From Paraphysomonas bandaiensis (lineage: Eukaryota; Protista; Chrysophyceae), in assembly GCA_965644295.1 (NCBI GenBank), contig CBFFRP010000263.1, forward strand, positions 496,001 to 560,000: 64,000 nt of DNA, read 5' to 3'. The position numbers were made by a program, and so were the translations under genes. How positions within the stretch are numbered: position 1 is the stretch's first letter; every line of letters starts with the position of its first letter. The notes beneath the pieces were generated by a model. The model saw only the letters and a list, made by a program, of their open reading frames with translations. It did not search any database and was not told the origin of the DNA. Below are positions 23,347-37,251 of the stretch, one piece after another.

Positions 23347-26300
23347 CTAGTCATCACCACTGATATCGCAATCGTCACCCCAGTCTCCACCTGAAATCAC
23401 ATCATCAAGACTGACATCCCGTAGCGCCGACTGAATGGGGCTCTCTGACTTAGACTGAATTGGAGGCTTGACAATGACAGGGGGGATAGCTTTGCGAAAA
23501 GTTGGCGCGGCTTCAATTCCAATACTCTGCAAAGACATGATATATGAGTTACAAGTGTACTTAAGAAGTAAATAAAGCCACCAACCGCGAATATGTCATC
23601 CGTAGGTATGGAACTTTGGGGTTGTCGATTTCGGCTGCCACTTTCGTTTACTAATGAGCTCATTCCCCCAGAAGGTTTACTTTCAACCGGCGGTAGTTTT
23701 GACAAAGGAAGGGAACCTTGAGAGAGTGACCCGTGAATAGAGTGTGACGTGGAGTCTACCGCTGTAGGCCCCGTTCGAGAATGGGACATATTGGAGGAAA
23801 CAACTGGTCGTGTGTCTGCAGTCTCCTCATCAAAATCACTGAAGTCCCAATCACTTGGCTCTTTACACGCATCAGAAATGTCATCGTCCCCCCATTCGTC
23901 ACGAAGCTTTGCGGTCTGACGATTGTACGTTGAAGATATCGACGGCGTCTGCACCCGAGAAAGTCCCCGGCCCTGCTCTATGTCGAGTTCGTCATCAAAC
24001 CCGCGGAGATCCCACTCACGCCGACTGGAGATATCCCCAGTCGACATTTCACGGTGAGGTACACCTACACCGGCAGAAGAGGAATCGACAACTTGTGCAC
24101 GATGCCGCCGATATGCAACTAACAGGATACCAATAGCACTCAAGCATAATAATACTTTGCCGACATAGTTCCCCGATAATAACTGCATAGTATTCTCATC
24201 ATCTACAGATTCACTTGCATCCTGATTCAGAGACTCTCTCGTTGACATTGTAGACGATGCGCCTTCTCGAGTAACGGGAGCTGACGCAGCATTCTCTAAT
24301 TCCGAATTATGGGCGAAAGAACTAGATGCCTCCGGTACAGTAGGGGAGCTCCTACTATCAAACGAATTTCCACCTTTGACGTCAATATCAGCAACACGAC
24401 TACCAACAGAAAAATCATTCGACACAAAATCAGACTCCCTCCGCTGCGATGGTGTCGATAACCTTGCCGGAGAATATCCATCCGACAATGACGAAGAAGT
24501 AGAAGATGATGAGGATCGTGTCGATGATTCAGGAACCAACTCCTCAAACACTGGCTTAAATGCAGATGATGACGAAGACGATGAAGCAGGTTTCGATGCC
24601 TCAGACTCAGACATACCACTCTTCGAAGCCAAACTATCATCAATCACCAAATCACCACTGGTATCCTTACTACTCGACAATGGTGATACCGAAGAAGTAG
24701 ACGATGATGTGGATCGTGTCGATGATTCAGGAACCAACTCCTCAAACACTGGCTTAGATGCAGATGATGACGAAGATGATGAAGCAGGTTTCGATGCCTC
24801 AGACTCAGACATACCACTCTTCGAAGCCAAACTATCATCAATCACCAAATCACCACTGGTAGCCTTACTACTCGACGATGGTGATACCGAAGAAGTAGAC
24901 GATGATGAGGATCGTGTCGATGATTCAGGAACCAACTCCTCAAACACTGGCTTAGATGCAGATGATGACGAAGACGATGAAGCAGGTTTCGATGCCTCAG
25001 ACATACCACTCTTCGAAGCCAAACTATCATCAATCACCAAATCACCACTGGTAGCCTTACTACTCGACGATGGTGATACCGAAGAAGTAGACGATGATGA
25101 GGATCGTGTCGATGATTCAGGAACCAACTCCTCAAACACTGGCTTAGATGCAGATGATGACGAAGACGATGAAGCAGGTTTCGATGCCTCAGACATACCA
25201 CTCTTCGAAGCCAAACTATCATCAATCACCAAATCACCACTGGTATCCTTACTACTCGACGATGGTGATACCGAAGAAGTAGACGATGATGAGGATCGTG
25301 TCGATGATTCAGGAACCAACTCCTCAAACACTGGCTTAGATGCAGATGATGACGAAGACGATGAAGCAGGTTTCGATGCCTCAGACTCAGACATACCACT
25401 CTTCGAAGCCAAACTATCATCAATCACCAAATCACCACTGGTATCCTTACTACTCGACGATGGTGATACCGAAGAAGTAGACGATGATGTGGATCGTGTC
25501 GATGATTCAGGAACCAACTCCTCAAACACTGGCTTAGATGCAGATGATGACGAAGACGATGAAGCAGGTTTCGATGCCTCAGACATACCACTCTTCGAAG
25601 CCAAACTATCATCAATCACCAAATCACCACTGGTAGCCTTACTACTCGACGATGGTGATACCGAAGAAGTAGACGATGATGAGGATCGTGTCGATGATTC
25701 AGGAACCAACTCCTCAAACACTGGCTTAGATGCAGATGATGACGAAGACGATGAAGCAGGTTTCGATGCCTCAGACATACCACTCTTCGAAGCCAAACTA
25801 TCATCAATCACCAAATCACCACTGGTAGCCTTACTACTCGACGATGGTGATACCGAAGAAGTAGACGATGATGTGGATCGTGTCGATGATTCAGGAACCA
25901 ACTCCTCAAACACTGGCTTAGATGCAGATGATGACGAAGATGATGAAGCAGGTTTCGATGCCTCAGACATACCACTCTTCGAAGCCAAACTATCATCAAT
26001 CACCAAATCACCACTGGTAGCCTTACTACTCGACGATGGTGATACCGAAGAAGTAGACGATGATGAGGATCGTGTCGATGATTCAGGAACCAACTCCTCA
26101 AACACTGGCTTAGATGCAGATGATGACGAAGATGATGAAGCAGGTTTCGATGCCTCAGACATACCACTCTTCGAAGCCAAACTATCATCAATCACCAAAT
26201 CACCACTGGTAGCCTTACTACTCGACGATGGTGATACCGAAGAAGTAGACGATGATGAGGATCGTGTCGATGATTCAGGAACCAACTCCTCAAACACTGG

Positions 26301-29300
26301 CTTAGATGCAGATGATGACGAAGATGATGAAGCAGGTTTCGATGCCTCAGACATACCACTCTTCGAAGCCAAACTATCATCAATCACCAAATCACCACTG
26401 GTAGCCTTACTACTCGACGATGGTGATACCGAAGAAGTAGACGATGATGAGGATCGTGTCGATGATTCAGGAACCAACTCCTCAAACACTGGCTTAGATG
26501 CAGATGATGACGAAGATGATGAAGCAGGTTTCGATGCCTCAGACATACCACTCTTCGAAGCCAAACTATCATCAATCACCAAATCACCACTGGTATCCTT
26601 ACTACTCGACGATGGTGATACCGAAGAAGTAGACGATGATGAGGATCGTGTCGATGATTCAGGAACCAACTCCTCAAACACTGGCTTAGATGCAGATGAT
26701 GACGAAGACGATGAAGCAGGTTTCGATGCCTCAGACATACCACTCTTCGAAGCCAAACTATCATCAATCACCAAATCACCACTGGTAGCCTTACTACTCG
26801 ACGATGGTGATACCGAAGAAGTAGACGATGATGTGGATCGTGTCGATGATTCAGGAACCAACTCCTCAAACACTGGCTTAGATGCAGATGATGACGAAGA
26901 CGATGAAGCAGGTTTCGATGCCTCAGACATACCACTCTTCGAAGCCAAACTATCATCAATCACCAAATCACCACTGGTATCCTTACTACTCGACGATGGT
27001 GATACCGAAGAAGTAGACGATGATGAGGATCGTGTCGATGATTCAGGAACCAACTCCTCAAACACTGGCTTAGATGCAGATGATGACGAAGACGATGAAG
27101 CAGGTTTCGATGCCTCAGACATACCACTCTTCGAAGCCAAACTATCATCAATCACCAAATCACCACTGGTAGCCTTACTACTCGACGATGGTGATACCGA
27201 AGAAGTAGACGATGATGAGGATCGTGTCGATGATTCAGGAACCAACTCCTCAAACACTGGCTTAGATGCAGATGATGACGAAGACGATGAAGCAGGTTTC
27301 GATGCCTCAGACATACCACTCTTCGAAGCCAAACTATCATCAATCACCAAATCACCACTGGTATCCTTACTACTCGACGATGGTGATACCGAAGAAGTAG
27401 ACGATGATGAGGATCGTGTCGATGATTCAGGAACCAACTCCTCAAACACTGGCTTAGATGCAGATGATGACGAAGACGATGAAGCAGGTTTCGATGCCTC
27501 AGACTCAGACATACCACTCTTCGAAGCCAAACTATCATCAATCACCAAATCACCACTGGTAGCCTTACTACTCGACGATGGTGATACCGAAGAAGTAGAC
27601 GATGATGAGGATCGTGTCGATGATTCAGGAACCAACTCCTCAAACACTGGCTTAGATGCAGATGATGACGAAGATGATGAAGCAGGTTTCGATGCCTCAG
27701 ACATACCACTCTTCGAAGCCAAACTATCATCAATCACCAAATCACCACTGGTATCCTTACTACTCGACGATGGTGATACCGAAGAAGTAGACGATGATGA
27801 GGATCGTGTCGATGATTCAGGAACCAACTCCTCAAACACTGGCTTAGATGCAGATGATGACGAAGACGATGAAGCAGGTTTCGATGCCTCAGACATACCA
27901 CTCTTCGAAGCCAAACTATCATCAATCACCAAATCACCACTGGTATCCTTACTACTCGACGATGGTGATACCGAAGAAGTAGACGATGATGAGGATCGTG
28001 TCGATGATTCAGGAACCAACTCCTCAAACACTGGCTTAGATGCAGATGATGACGAAGACGATGAAGCAGGTTTCGATGCCTCAGACATACCACTCTTCGA
28101 AGCCAAACTATCATCAATCACCAAATCACCACTGGTATCCTTACTACTCGACGATGGTGATACCGAAGAAGTAGACGATGATGAGGATCGTGTCGATGAT
28201 TCAGGAACCAACTCCTCAAACACTGGCTTAGATGCAGATGATGACGAAGACGATGAAGCAGGTTTCGATGCCTCAGACATACCACTCTTCGAAGCCAAAC
28301 TATCATCAATCACCAAATCACCACTGGTATCCTTACTACTCGACGATGGTGATACCGAAGAAGTAGACGATGATGAGGATCGTGTCGATGATTCAGGAAC
28401 CAACTCCTCAAACACTGGCTTAGATGCAGATGATGACGAAGACGATGAAGCAGGTTTCGATGCCTCAGACATACCACTCTTCGAAGCCAAACTATCATCA
28501 ATCACCAAATCACCACTGGTATCCTTACTACTCGACGATGGTGATACCGAAGAAGTAGACGATGATGAGGATCGTGTCGATGATTCAGGAACCAACTCCT
28601 CAAACACTGGCTTAGATGCAGATGATGACGAAGACGATGAAGCAGGTTTCGATGCCTCAGACATACCACTCTTCGAAGCCAAACTATCATCAATCACCAA
28701 ATCACCACTGGTATCCTTACTACTCGACGATGGTGATACCGAAGAAGTAGACGATGATGAGGATCGTGTAGATGATTCAGGAACCAACTCCTCAAACACT
28801 GGCTTAGATGCAGATGATGACGAAGACGATGAAGCAGGTTTCGATGCCTCAGACATACCACTCTTCGAAGCCAAACTATCATCAATCACCAAATCACCAC
28901 TGGTATCCTTACTACTCGACGATGGTGATACCGAAGAAGTAGACGATGATGAGGATCGTGTCGATGATTCAGGAACCAACTCCTCAAACACTGGCTTAGA
29001 TGCAGATGATGACGAAGACGATGAAGCAGGTTTCGATGCCTCAGACTCAGACATACCACTCTTCGAAGCCAAACTATCATCAAGCACCAAATCACCACTG
29101 GTATCCTTACTACTCGACGATGGTGATACCGAAGAAGTAGACGATGATGAGGATTGTGTCGATGATTCAGGAACCAACTCCTCAAACACTGGCTTAGATG
29201 CAGATGATGACGAAGACGATGAAGCAGGTTTCGATGCCTCAGACATACCACTCTTCGAAGCCAAACTATCATCAATCACCAAATCACCACTGGTAGCCTT

Positions 29301-32300
29301 ACTACTCGACGATGGTGATACCGAAGAAGTAGACGATGATGAGGATTGTGTCGATGATTCAGGAACCAACTCCTCAAACACTGGCTTAGATGCAGATGAT
29401 GACGAAGACGATGAAGCAGGTTTCGATGCCTCAGACATACCACTCTTCGAAGCCAAACTATCATCAAGCACCAAATCACCACTGGTAGCCTTACTACTCG
29501 ACGATGGTGATACCGAAGAAGTAGACGATGATGAGGATTGTGTCGATGATTCAGGAACCAACTCCTCAAACACTGGCTTAGATGCAGATGATGACGAAGA
29601 CGATGAAGCAGGTTTCGATGCCTCAGACATACCACTCTTCGAAGCCAAACTATCATCAATCACCAAATCACCACTGGTAGCCTTACTACTCGACGATGGT
29701 GATACCGAAGAAGTAGACGATGATGAGGATTGTGTCGATGATTCAGGAACCAACTCCTCAAACACTGGCTTAGATGCAGATGATGACGAAGACGATGAAG
29801 CAGGTTTCGATGCCTCAGACATACCACTCTTCGAAGCCAAACTATCATCAATCACCAAATCACCACTGGTAGCCTTACTACTCGACGATGGTGATACCGA
29901 AGAAGTAGACGATGATGAGGATTGTGTCGATGATTCAGGAACCAACTCCTCAAACACTGGCTTAGATGCAGATGATGACGAAGACGATGAAGCAGGTTTC
30001 GATGCCTCAGACATACCACTCTTCGAAGCCAAACTATCATCAAGCACCAAATCACCACTGGTAGCCTTACTACTCGACGATGGTGATACCGAAGAAGTAG
30101 ACGATGATGTGGATCGTGTCGATGATTCAGGAACCAACTCCTCAAACACTGGCTTAGATGCAGATGATGACGAAGACGATGAAGCAGGTTTCGATGCCTC
30201 AGACATACCACTCTTCGAAGCCAAACTATCATCAAGCACCAAATCACCACTGGTAGCCTTACTACTCGACGATGGTGATACCGAAGAAGTAGACGATGAT
30301 GTGGATCGTGTCGATGATTCAGGAACCAACTCCTCAAACACTGGCTTAGATGCAGATGATGACGAAGACGATGAAGCAGGTTTCGATGCCTCAGACATAC
30401 CACTCTTCGAAGCCAAACTATCATCAATCACCAAATCACCACTGGTAGCCTTACTACTCGACGATGGTGATACCGAAGAAGTAGACGATGATGAGGATCG
30501 TGTCGATGATTCAGGAACCAACTCCTCAAACACTGGCTTAGATGCAGATGATGACGAAGATGATGAAGCAGGTTTCGATGCCTCAGACATACCACTCTTC
30601 GAAGCCAAACTATCATCAATCACCAAATCACCACTGGTATCCTTACTACTCGACAATGGTGATACCGAAGAAGTAGACGATGATGAGGAGCGTGTCGATG
30701 ATTCAGGAACCAACTCCTCAAACACTGGCTTAGATGCAGATGATGACGAAGACGATGAAGCAGGTTTCGATGCCTCAGACTCAGACATACCACTCTTCGA
30801 AGCCAAACTATCATCAATCACCAAATCACCACTGGTATCCTTACTACTCGACAATGGTGATACCGAAGAAGTAGACGATGATGAGGAGCGTGTCGATGAT
30901 TCAGGAACCAACTCCTCAAACACTGGCTTAGATGCAGATGATGACGAAGACGATGAAGCAGGTTTCGATGCCTCAGACTCAGACATACCACTCTTCGAAG
31001 CCAAACTATCATCAATCACCAAATCACCACTGGTAGCCTTACTACTCGACGATGGTGATACCGAAGAAGTAGACAATGATGAGGATCGTGTCGATGATTC
31101 AGGAACCAACTCTTCAAACACTGGCTTAGATGCAGATGATGACGAAGACGATGAAGCAGGTTTCGATGCCTCAGACATACCACTCTTCGAAGCCAAACTA
31201 TCATCAATCACCAAATCACCACTGGTAGCCTTACTACTCGACGATGGTGATACCGAAGAAGTAGACGATGATGAGGATCGTGTCGATGATTCAGGAACCA
31301 ACTCCTCAAACACTGGCTTAGATGCAGATGATGACGAAGACGATGAGGCAGGTTTCGATGCCTCAGACTCAGACATACCACTCTTCGAAGCCAAACTATC
31401 ATCAATCACCAAATCACCACTGGTATCCTTACTACTCGACGATGGTGATACCGAAGAAGTAGACGATGATGAGGATCGTGTCGATGATTCAGGAACCAAC
31501 TCCTCAAACACTGGCTTAGATGCAGATGATGACGAAGACGATGAGGCAGGTTTCGATGCCTCAGACATACCACTCTTCGAAGCCAAACTATCATCAATCA
31601 CCAAATCACCACTGGTAGCCTTACTACTCGACGATGGTGATACCGAAGAAGTAGACGATGATGAGGATCGTGTCGATGATTCAGGAACCAACTCCTCAAA
31701 CACTGGCTTAGATGCAGATGATGACGAAGATGATGAAGCAGGTTTCGATGCCTCAGACATACCACTCTTCGAAGCCAAACTATCATCAATCACCAAATCA
31801 CCACTGGTATCCTTACTACTCGACGATGGTGATACCGAAGAAGTAGACGATGATGAGGATCGTGTCGATGATTCAGGAACCAACTCCTCAAACACTGGCT
31901 TAGATGCAGATGATGACGAAGACGATGAAGCAGGTTTCGATGCCTCAGACTCAGACATACCACTCTTCGAAGCCAAACTATCATCAAGCACCAAATCACC
32001 ACTGGTATCCTTACTACTCGACAATGGTGATACCGAAGAAGTAGACGATGATGAGGAGCGTGTCGATGATTCAGGAACCAACTCCTCAAACACTGGCTTA
32101 GATGCAGATGATGACGAAGACGATGAAGCAGGTTTCGATGCCTCAGACTCAGACATACCACTCTTCGAAGCCAAACTATCATCAATCACCAAATCACCAC
32201 TGGTAGCCTTACTACTCGACGATGGTGATACCGAAGAAGTAGACAATGATGAGGATCGTGTCGATGATTCAGGAACCAACTCTTCAAACACTGGCTTAGA

Positions 32301-34436
32301 TGCAGATGATGACGAAGACGATGAAGCAGGTTTCGATGCCTCAGACATACCACTCTTCGAAGCCAAACTATCATCAATCACCAAATCACCACTGGTAGCC
32401 TTACTACTCGACGATGGTGATACCGAAGAAGTAGACGATGATGAGGATCGTGTCGATGATTCAGGAACCAACTCCTCAAACACTGGCTTAGATGCAGATG
32501 ATGACGAAGACGATGAGGCAGGTTTCGATGCCTCAGACTCAGACATACCACTCTTCGAAGCCAAACTATCATCAATCACCAAATCACCACTGGTATCCTT
32601 ACTACTCGACGATGGTGATACCGAAGAAGTAGACGATGATGAGGATCGTGTCGATGATTCAGGAACCAACTCCTCAAACACTGGCTTAGATGCAGATGAT
32701 GACGAAGACGATGAGGCAGGTTTCGATGCCTCAGACATACCACTCTTCGAAGCCAAACTATCATCAATCACCAAATCACCACTGGTAGCCTTACTACTCG
32801 ACGATGGTGATACCGAAGAAGTAGACGATGATGAGGATCGTGTCGATGATTCAGGAACCAACTCCTCAAACACTGGCTTAGATGCAGATGATGACGAAGA
32901 TGATGAAGCAGGTTTCGATGCCTCAGACATACCACTCTTCGAAGCCAAACTATCATCAATCACCAAATCACCACTGGTAGCCTTACTACTCGACGATGGT
33001 GATACCGAAGAAGTAGACGATGATGAGGATCGTGTCGATGATTCAGGAACCAACTCCTCAAACACTGGCTTAGATGCAGATGATGACGAAGACGATGAAG
33101 CAGGTTTCGATGCCTCAGACTCAGACATACCACTCTTCGAAGCCAAACTATCATCAATCACCAAATCACCACTGGTATCCTTACTACTCGACGATGGTGA
33201 TACCGAAGAAGTAGACGATGATGTGGATCGTGTCGATGATTCAGGAACCAACTCTTCAAACACTGGCTTAGATGCAGATGATGACGAAGACGATGAAGCA
33301 GGTTTCGATGCCTCAGACTCAGACATACCACTCTTCGAAGCCAAACTATCATCAATCACCAAATCACCACTGGTATCCTTACTACTCGACGATGGTGATA
33401 CCGAAGAAGTAGACAATGATGAGGATCGTGTCGATGATTCAGGAACCAACTCTTCAAACACTGGCTTAGATGCAGATGATGACGAAGACGATGAAGCAGG
33501 TTTCGATGCCTCAGACATACCACTCTTCGAAGCCAAACTATCATCAATCACCAAATCACCACTGGTAGCCTTACTACTCGACGATGGTGATACCGAAGAA
33601 GTAGACGATGATGAGGATCGTGTCGATGATTCAGGAACCAACTCCTCAAACACTGGCTTAGATGCAGATGATGACGAAGACGATGAGGCAGGTTTCGATG
33701 CCTCAGACATACCACTCTTCGAAGCCAAACTATCATCAATCACCAAATCACCACTGGTATCCTTACTACTCGACGATGGTGATACCGAAGAAGTAGACGA
33801 TGATGAGGATCGTGTCGATGATTCAGGAACCAACTCCTCAAACACTGGCTTAGATGCAGATGATGACGAAGACGATGAAGCAGGTTTCGATGCCTCAGAC
33901 TCAGACATACCACTCTTCGAAGCCAAACTATCATCAATCACCAAATCACCACTGGTATCCTTACTACTCGACGATGGTGATACCGAAGAAGTAGACGATG
34001 ATGTGGATCGTGTCGATGATTCAGGAACCAACTCCTCAAACACTGGCTTAGATGCAGATGATGACGAAGACGATGAAGCAGGTTTCGATGCCTCAGACTC
34101 AGACATACCACTCTTCGAAGCCAAACTATCATCAATCACCAAATCACCACTGGTATCCTTACTACTCGACGATGGTGATACCGAAGAAGTAGACGATGAT
34201 GAGGATCGTGTCGATGATTCAGGAACCAACTCCTCAAACACTGGCTTAGATGCAGATGATGACGAAGATGATGAAGCAGGTTTCGATGCCTCAGACATAC
34301 CACTCTTCGAAGCCAAACTATCATCAATCACCAGATTGCTATTAGTGTCTTGTGTATGTATAGTGTTTGCCAAACTATTAATATTTGAACATAGGAACAC
34401 AAGCCACACAACGAATGACTTGGATAGAAATTTCAT
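23347..34436 (-). CDS. Giant Ser-rich tandem-repeat type I membrane protein (~3,676 aa; mucin/proteoglycan-like)
   Basis: Signal peptide MKFLSKSFVVWLVFLCS; ~51 repeats of 64/66 aa; TM segment VLLCLSAIGILLVAY followed by RRHR; acidic Trp-containing tail. A 59-nt GT-AG intron at 23527-23585 joins DDIFA to SIGIEAAPTF...GDWGDDCDISGDD*. Confidence 0.88.
24492..34333. repeat. Coding tandem array, 50 full units plus one partial unit of 192 or 198 bp
   Basis: Near-identical units; the 198-bp type carries an extra TCAGAC. The period is visible in the ORF-track spacing. Confidence 0.98.
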
Positions 34437-34857
34437 ATTGATTATCTACAAATATAATATACAATGAAATGGATATCAAAATGAACGTATCAGTGTGATG
34501 TTATCATCTACATCATACTGTATCGCTCATACTTTGCTATGAACAATGAACAAACACCGTCAATGTGAAGTGAGCTACATTCATAGGAAGACTTTATCTT
34601 CATCGTATTTGCAATATGTCAAAATTTCACTTTTTTACATTTGGAAAATAAAATATCTGGAATTCTTGGGTTGAATGCATATTTTCCCTGAATTTTTGCA
34701 TCTAAAACTGTGTTTTCCACATAATAACATGCTTTTGTAGAATGCTGGGCAAACCTGTCAAAGTGTCCACTGGTGCAATCTGATGGATAGCAGTCAGATA
34801 CAGTTATTAATCCTAGCTTGCCTATGTATTGCACCTTGATTTGCTGTAATTGATTCA

Positions 34858-36110
34858 ATGATTGCTAGTCACGCTTTTTGTAGACTTCGTGCTATTCGCG
34901 CGTGCGGATCACCCTCTACGTTGCGAAGGCTAGTTATTGGGCCTAATATCAGGACTCAAGTCCACTGTCTCTCATCTTCAACTCCTACTCGATCGGAAGA
35001 TAGTAATTCGCTTCCTGATACTATAAGTTATGGAGTTAGCGACTTCGGGTCACCCGAAAATTCCGCTGATTCTGCTGTGGAGACTTTTAGCTACCACCCA
35101 TTCGACTTAGTATGTGAGGCCATTGATGCTATTCACATTCACGGGGGACTACCATATTGGATATCAATTATAGCTCTCACTGTAGGAGTGAGGACACTCC
35201 TGTTACCGATTACAGTCAAAATTAAGCGCGACGCCACTCGTGCGCTTCCTCTAAACGCAGATATTCAACTGTTGAAAGCGCGCGGTGACAAAGAAGGACT
35301 ATCTCAATCAGAAATAGGTGTTGAGATGGCAGCTTTAATGAAAAAACATAAAACAACACCACTTAATCCGCTACTTAGTCCACTCTTGCAGTTTCCAGTT
35401 TTACTTTCCATGTATTTTGGTTTGAATCGAATGCCTGATCACTGTCCAGATTACGTGTCTGGGGGAACTCTGTGGTTCACGGACCTTAGCGTACCAGATT
35501 CAACAGCCGCCCTTGGACTTCTTAATGCTGGCGTGATGTACTTCACTATAAATAATGCATTTAAGTCGGTGCCGCCTCCTAAATCAGATTTTGAAGGCTA
35601 TATGCGACGTATGATGACTAATTTCTTACCACTAATCATGATTCCTATTGCACTGAATATGCCGTCGGTGAGTCGTTGAATATATTATCATATTATGGTC
35701 ATTCTATTACGGCTCGAGATTTTTGAACTAATATATTGTTATAGGGTGTAGTCGTTTATTTCATTACGAGCAACTGTTATACACATCTAGTACAGAGGCC
35801 CCTGCTGGAATCAACGTGGGTGAAGAATACATTTTTAACACTTGCTCCGGGCGTATCACCTGTTCAAGACCCCAATTCCAACACAAACACAGTTTCTAGT
35901 AGTGAGCCACCCAAAAATATTGCAGGGGTATCGTCTACTCCTTCTCCTCCACCAGCTGAAAAAGCTCCTGGCATGACAATGACACATAGAGAGATGGTGG
36001 CTGCGGCAAATGCAGCGGTGGAGAAGCGGAGGCTCTTAAAGCAGCAAAAAAAAGCTGAGGCTGCCAGTAAGGCTAATCAAAGTAAGAATAGCTCACGTAA
36101 TTCAGACTAA
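34858..36110 (+). CDS. OXA1: Mitochondrial inner-membrane insertase, Oxa1/Cox18/YidC family
   Basis: Presequence; GLPYWISIIALTVGVRTLLLP, PLLQFPV and GGTLWFTDLSVPD motifs; intron ~35668-35744; basic C-terminal tail. Confidence 0.85.
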
Positions 36111-37251
36111 ATGTATTGGATCAAGAAGTTCAGATAGATATGTGGTAAATAGGTGATGTAATTGTAACGTACTCGGCAAGCGAAACAAAGCAAATAATTA
36201 GCGAAACGCAAGCCATAGTCGCAGTGATCACGGAAAAGTATAGATATAGCGCATGACTTATGTATTTTATAGAACTTTCTTCTGTATACGGTTGCTTCAT
36301 TTTAAAATAAAGATGTGAATGAACAGCACTTCGTAGTATTCTTTTCAATCTATAAATTTATATTTTTACACAGAAAAAGAGTGGCATTTTAAACTCAGAG
36401 TAAAGGGGGGACTGAGTACGACAGTGAACTTCATCTCATACTTTTGTACTCAGTAAAATGATCATATCTGTATAGAAACACTACAACACAAAGTGATATG
36501 GCCACCCAAATAAATATTTATTCACATGTTATGAAGAGAAATATGAAAATAACTCAAAATAAAAAACTCGAACCTGACTAGTGTAAACAAAGTGCGAGTT
36601 CATCCTCTTAAGTATACATCGGAAAAAGCTTCTCGTGCCCTTTTGCCACTCACTTCTAAGTGTTAAACAGCCATAAAACTAAACTAATCATATTTCTTCT
36701 CTTTTTCGGAATAGAATTAACTTATAGTTACCGCTCCACTAGAAATTCATAAGATGGAAGCATAAGACCCTACAACTGAGTGCTTTGGGTATATTATGGC
36801 TGCATATTGCACGCAACTGTGATGAGATGAACAAACTTCTCTTCAATCCAACGGATTATAGGGCCGGTGTCACAACTACCATATACCATCCGTATCCGTT
36901 CAGTGATAACAACGTACCGTATATTATCCGTATCCTTTTCACTATAGCCGTCAAGTTGTCCGTTTACCAAAAAAATGAAAGTTAAACTCCTCAAGATACC
37001 GTTAGGGAAGACAGTATAAAAGCGCAACGGAAGGATATATTGAATTGTCCATATACAAAAAAACTGTAGAAATATGGACCGTTTTTCATAGTATTGTCTA
37101 GTACTTTAAATGGAAGTGTTTGTATACTGTATACTTCCACTCACTTCATTATAGACGATAGTAGTGATACTTTAACTCACAACTTTCCTATTTAGGTAGT
37201 GCACTGTGCACAATAATTCTCTTATCAGAGGATAGTGCCAGGTATTACACC

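Noticed and set aside
24296-34327. Dozens of 63/65-aa His/Arg-rich ORFs (MMIVWLRR...)
   Set aside because: They are an alternative frame of the tandem array with roughly one stop per unit. The Ser-rich frame has the signal peptide, TM segment and spliced tail.
24492-34333. CRISPR-like or non-coding satellite interpretation of the array
   Set aside because: There are no unique spacers, units are multiples of 3, and the array lies inside one eukaryotic ORF.
36400-37030. Hairpin ACTGAGTAC..GTACTCAGT and short ORFs between OXA1 and the calpain
   Set aside because: No second copy, TSD or recognisable protein motif is present, so nothing can be assigned.
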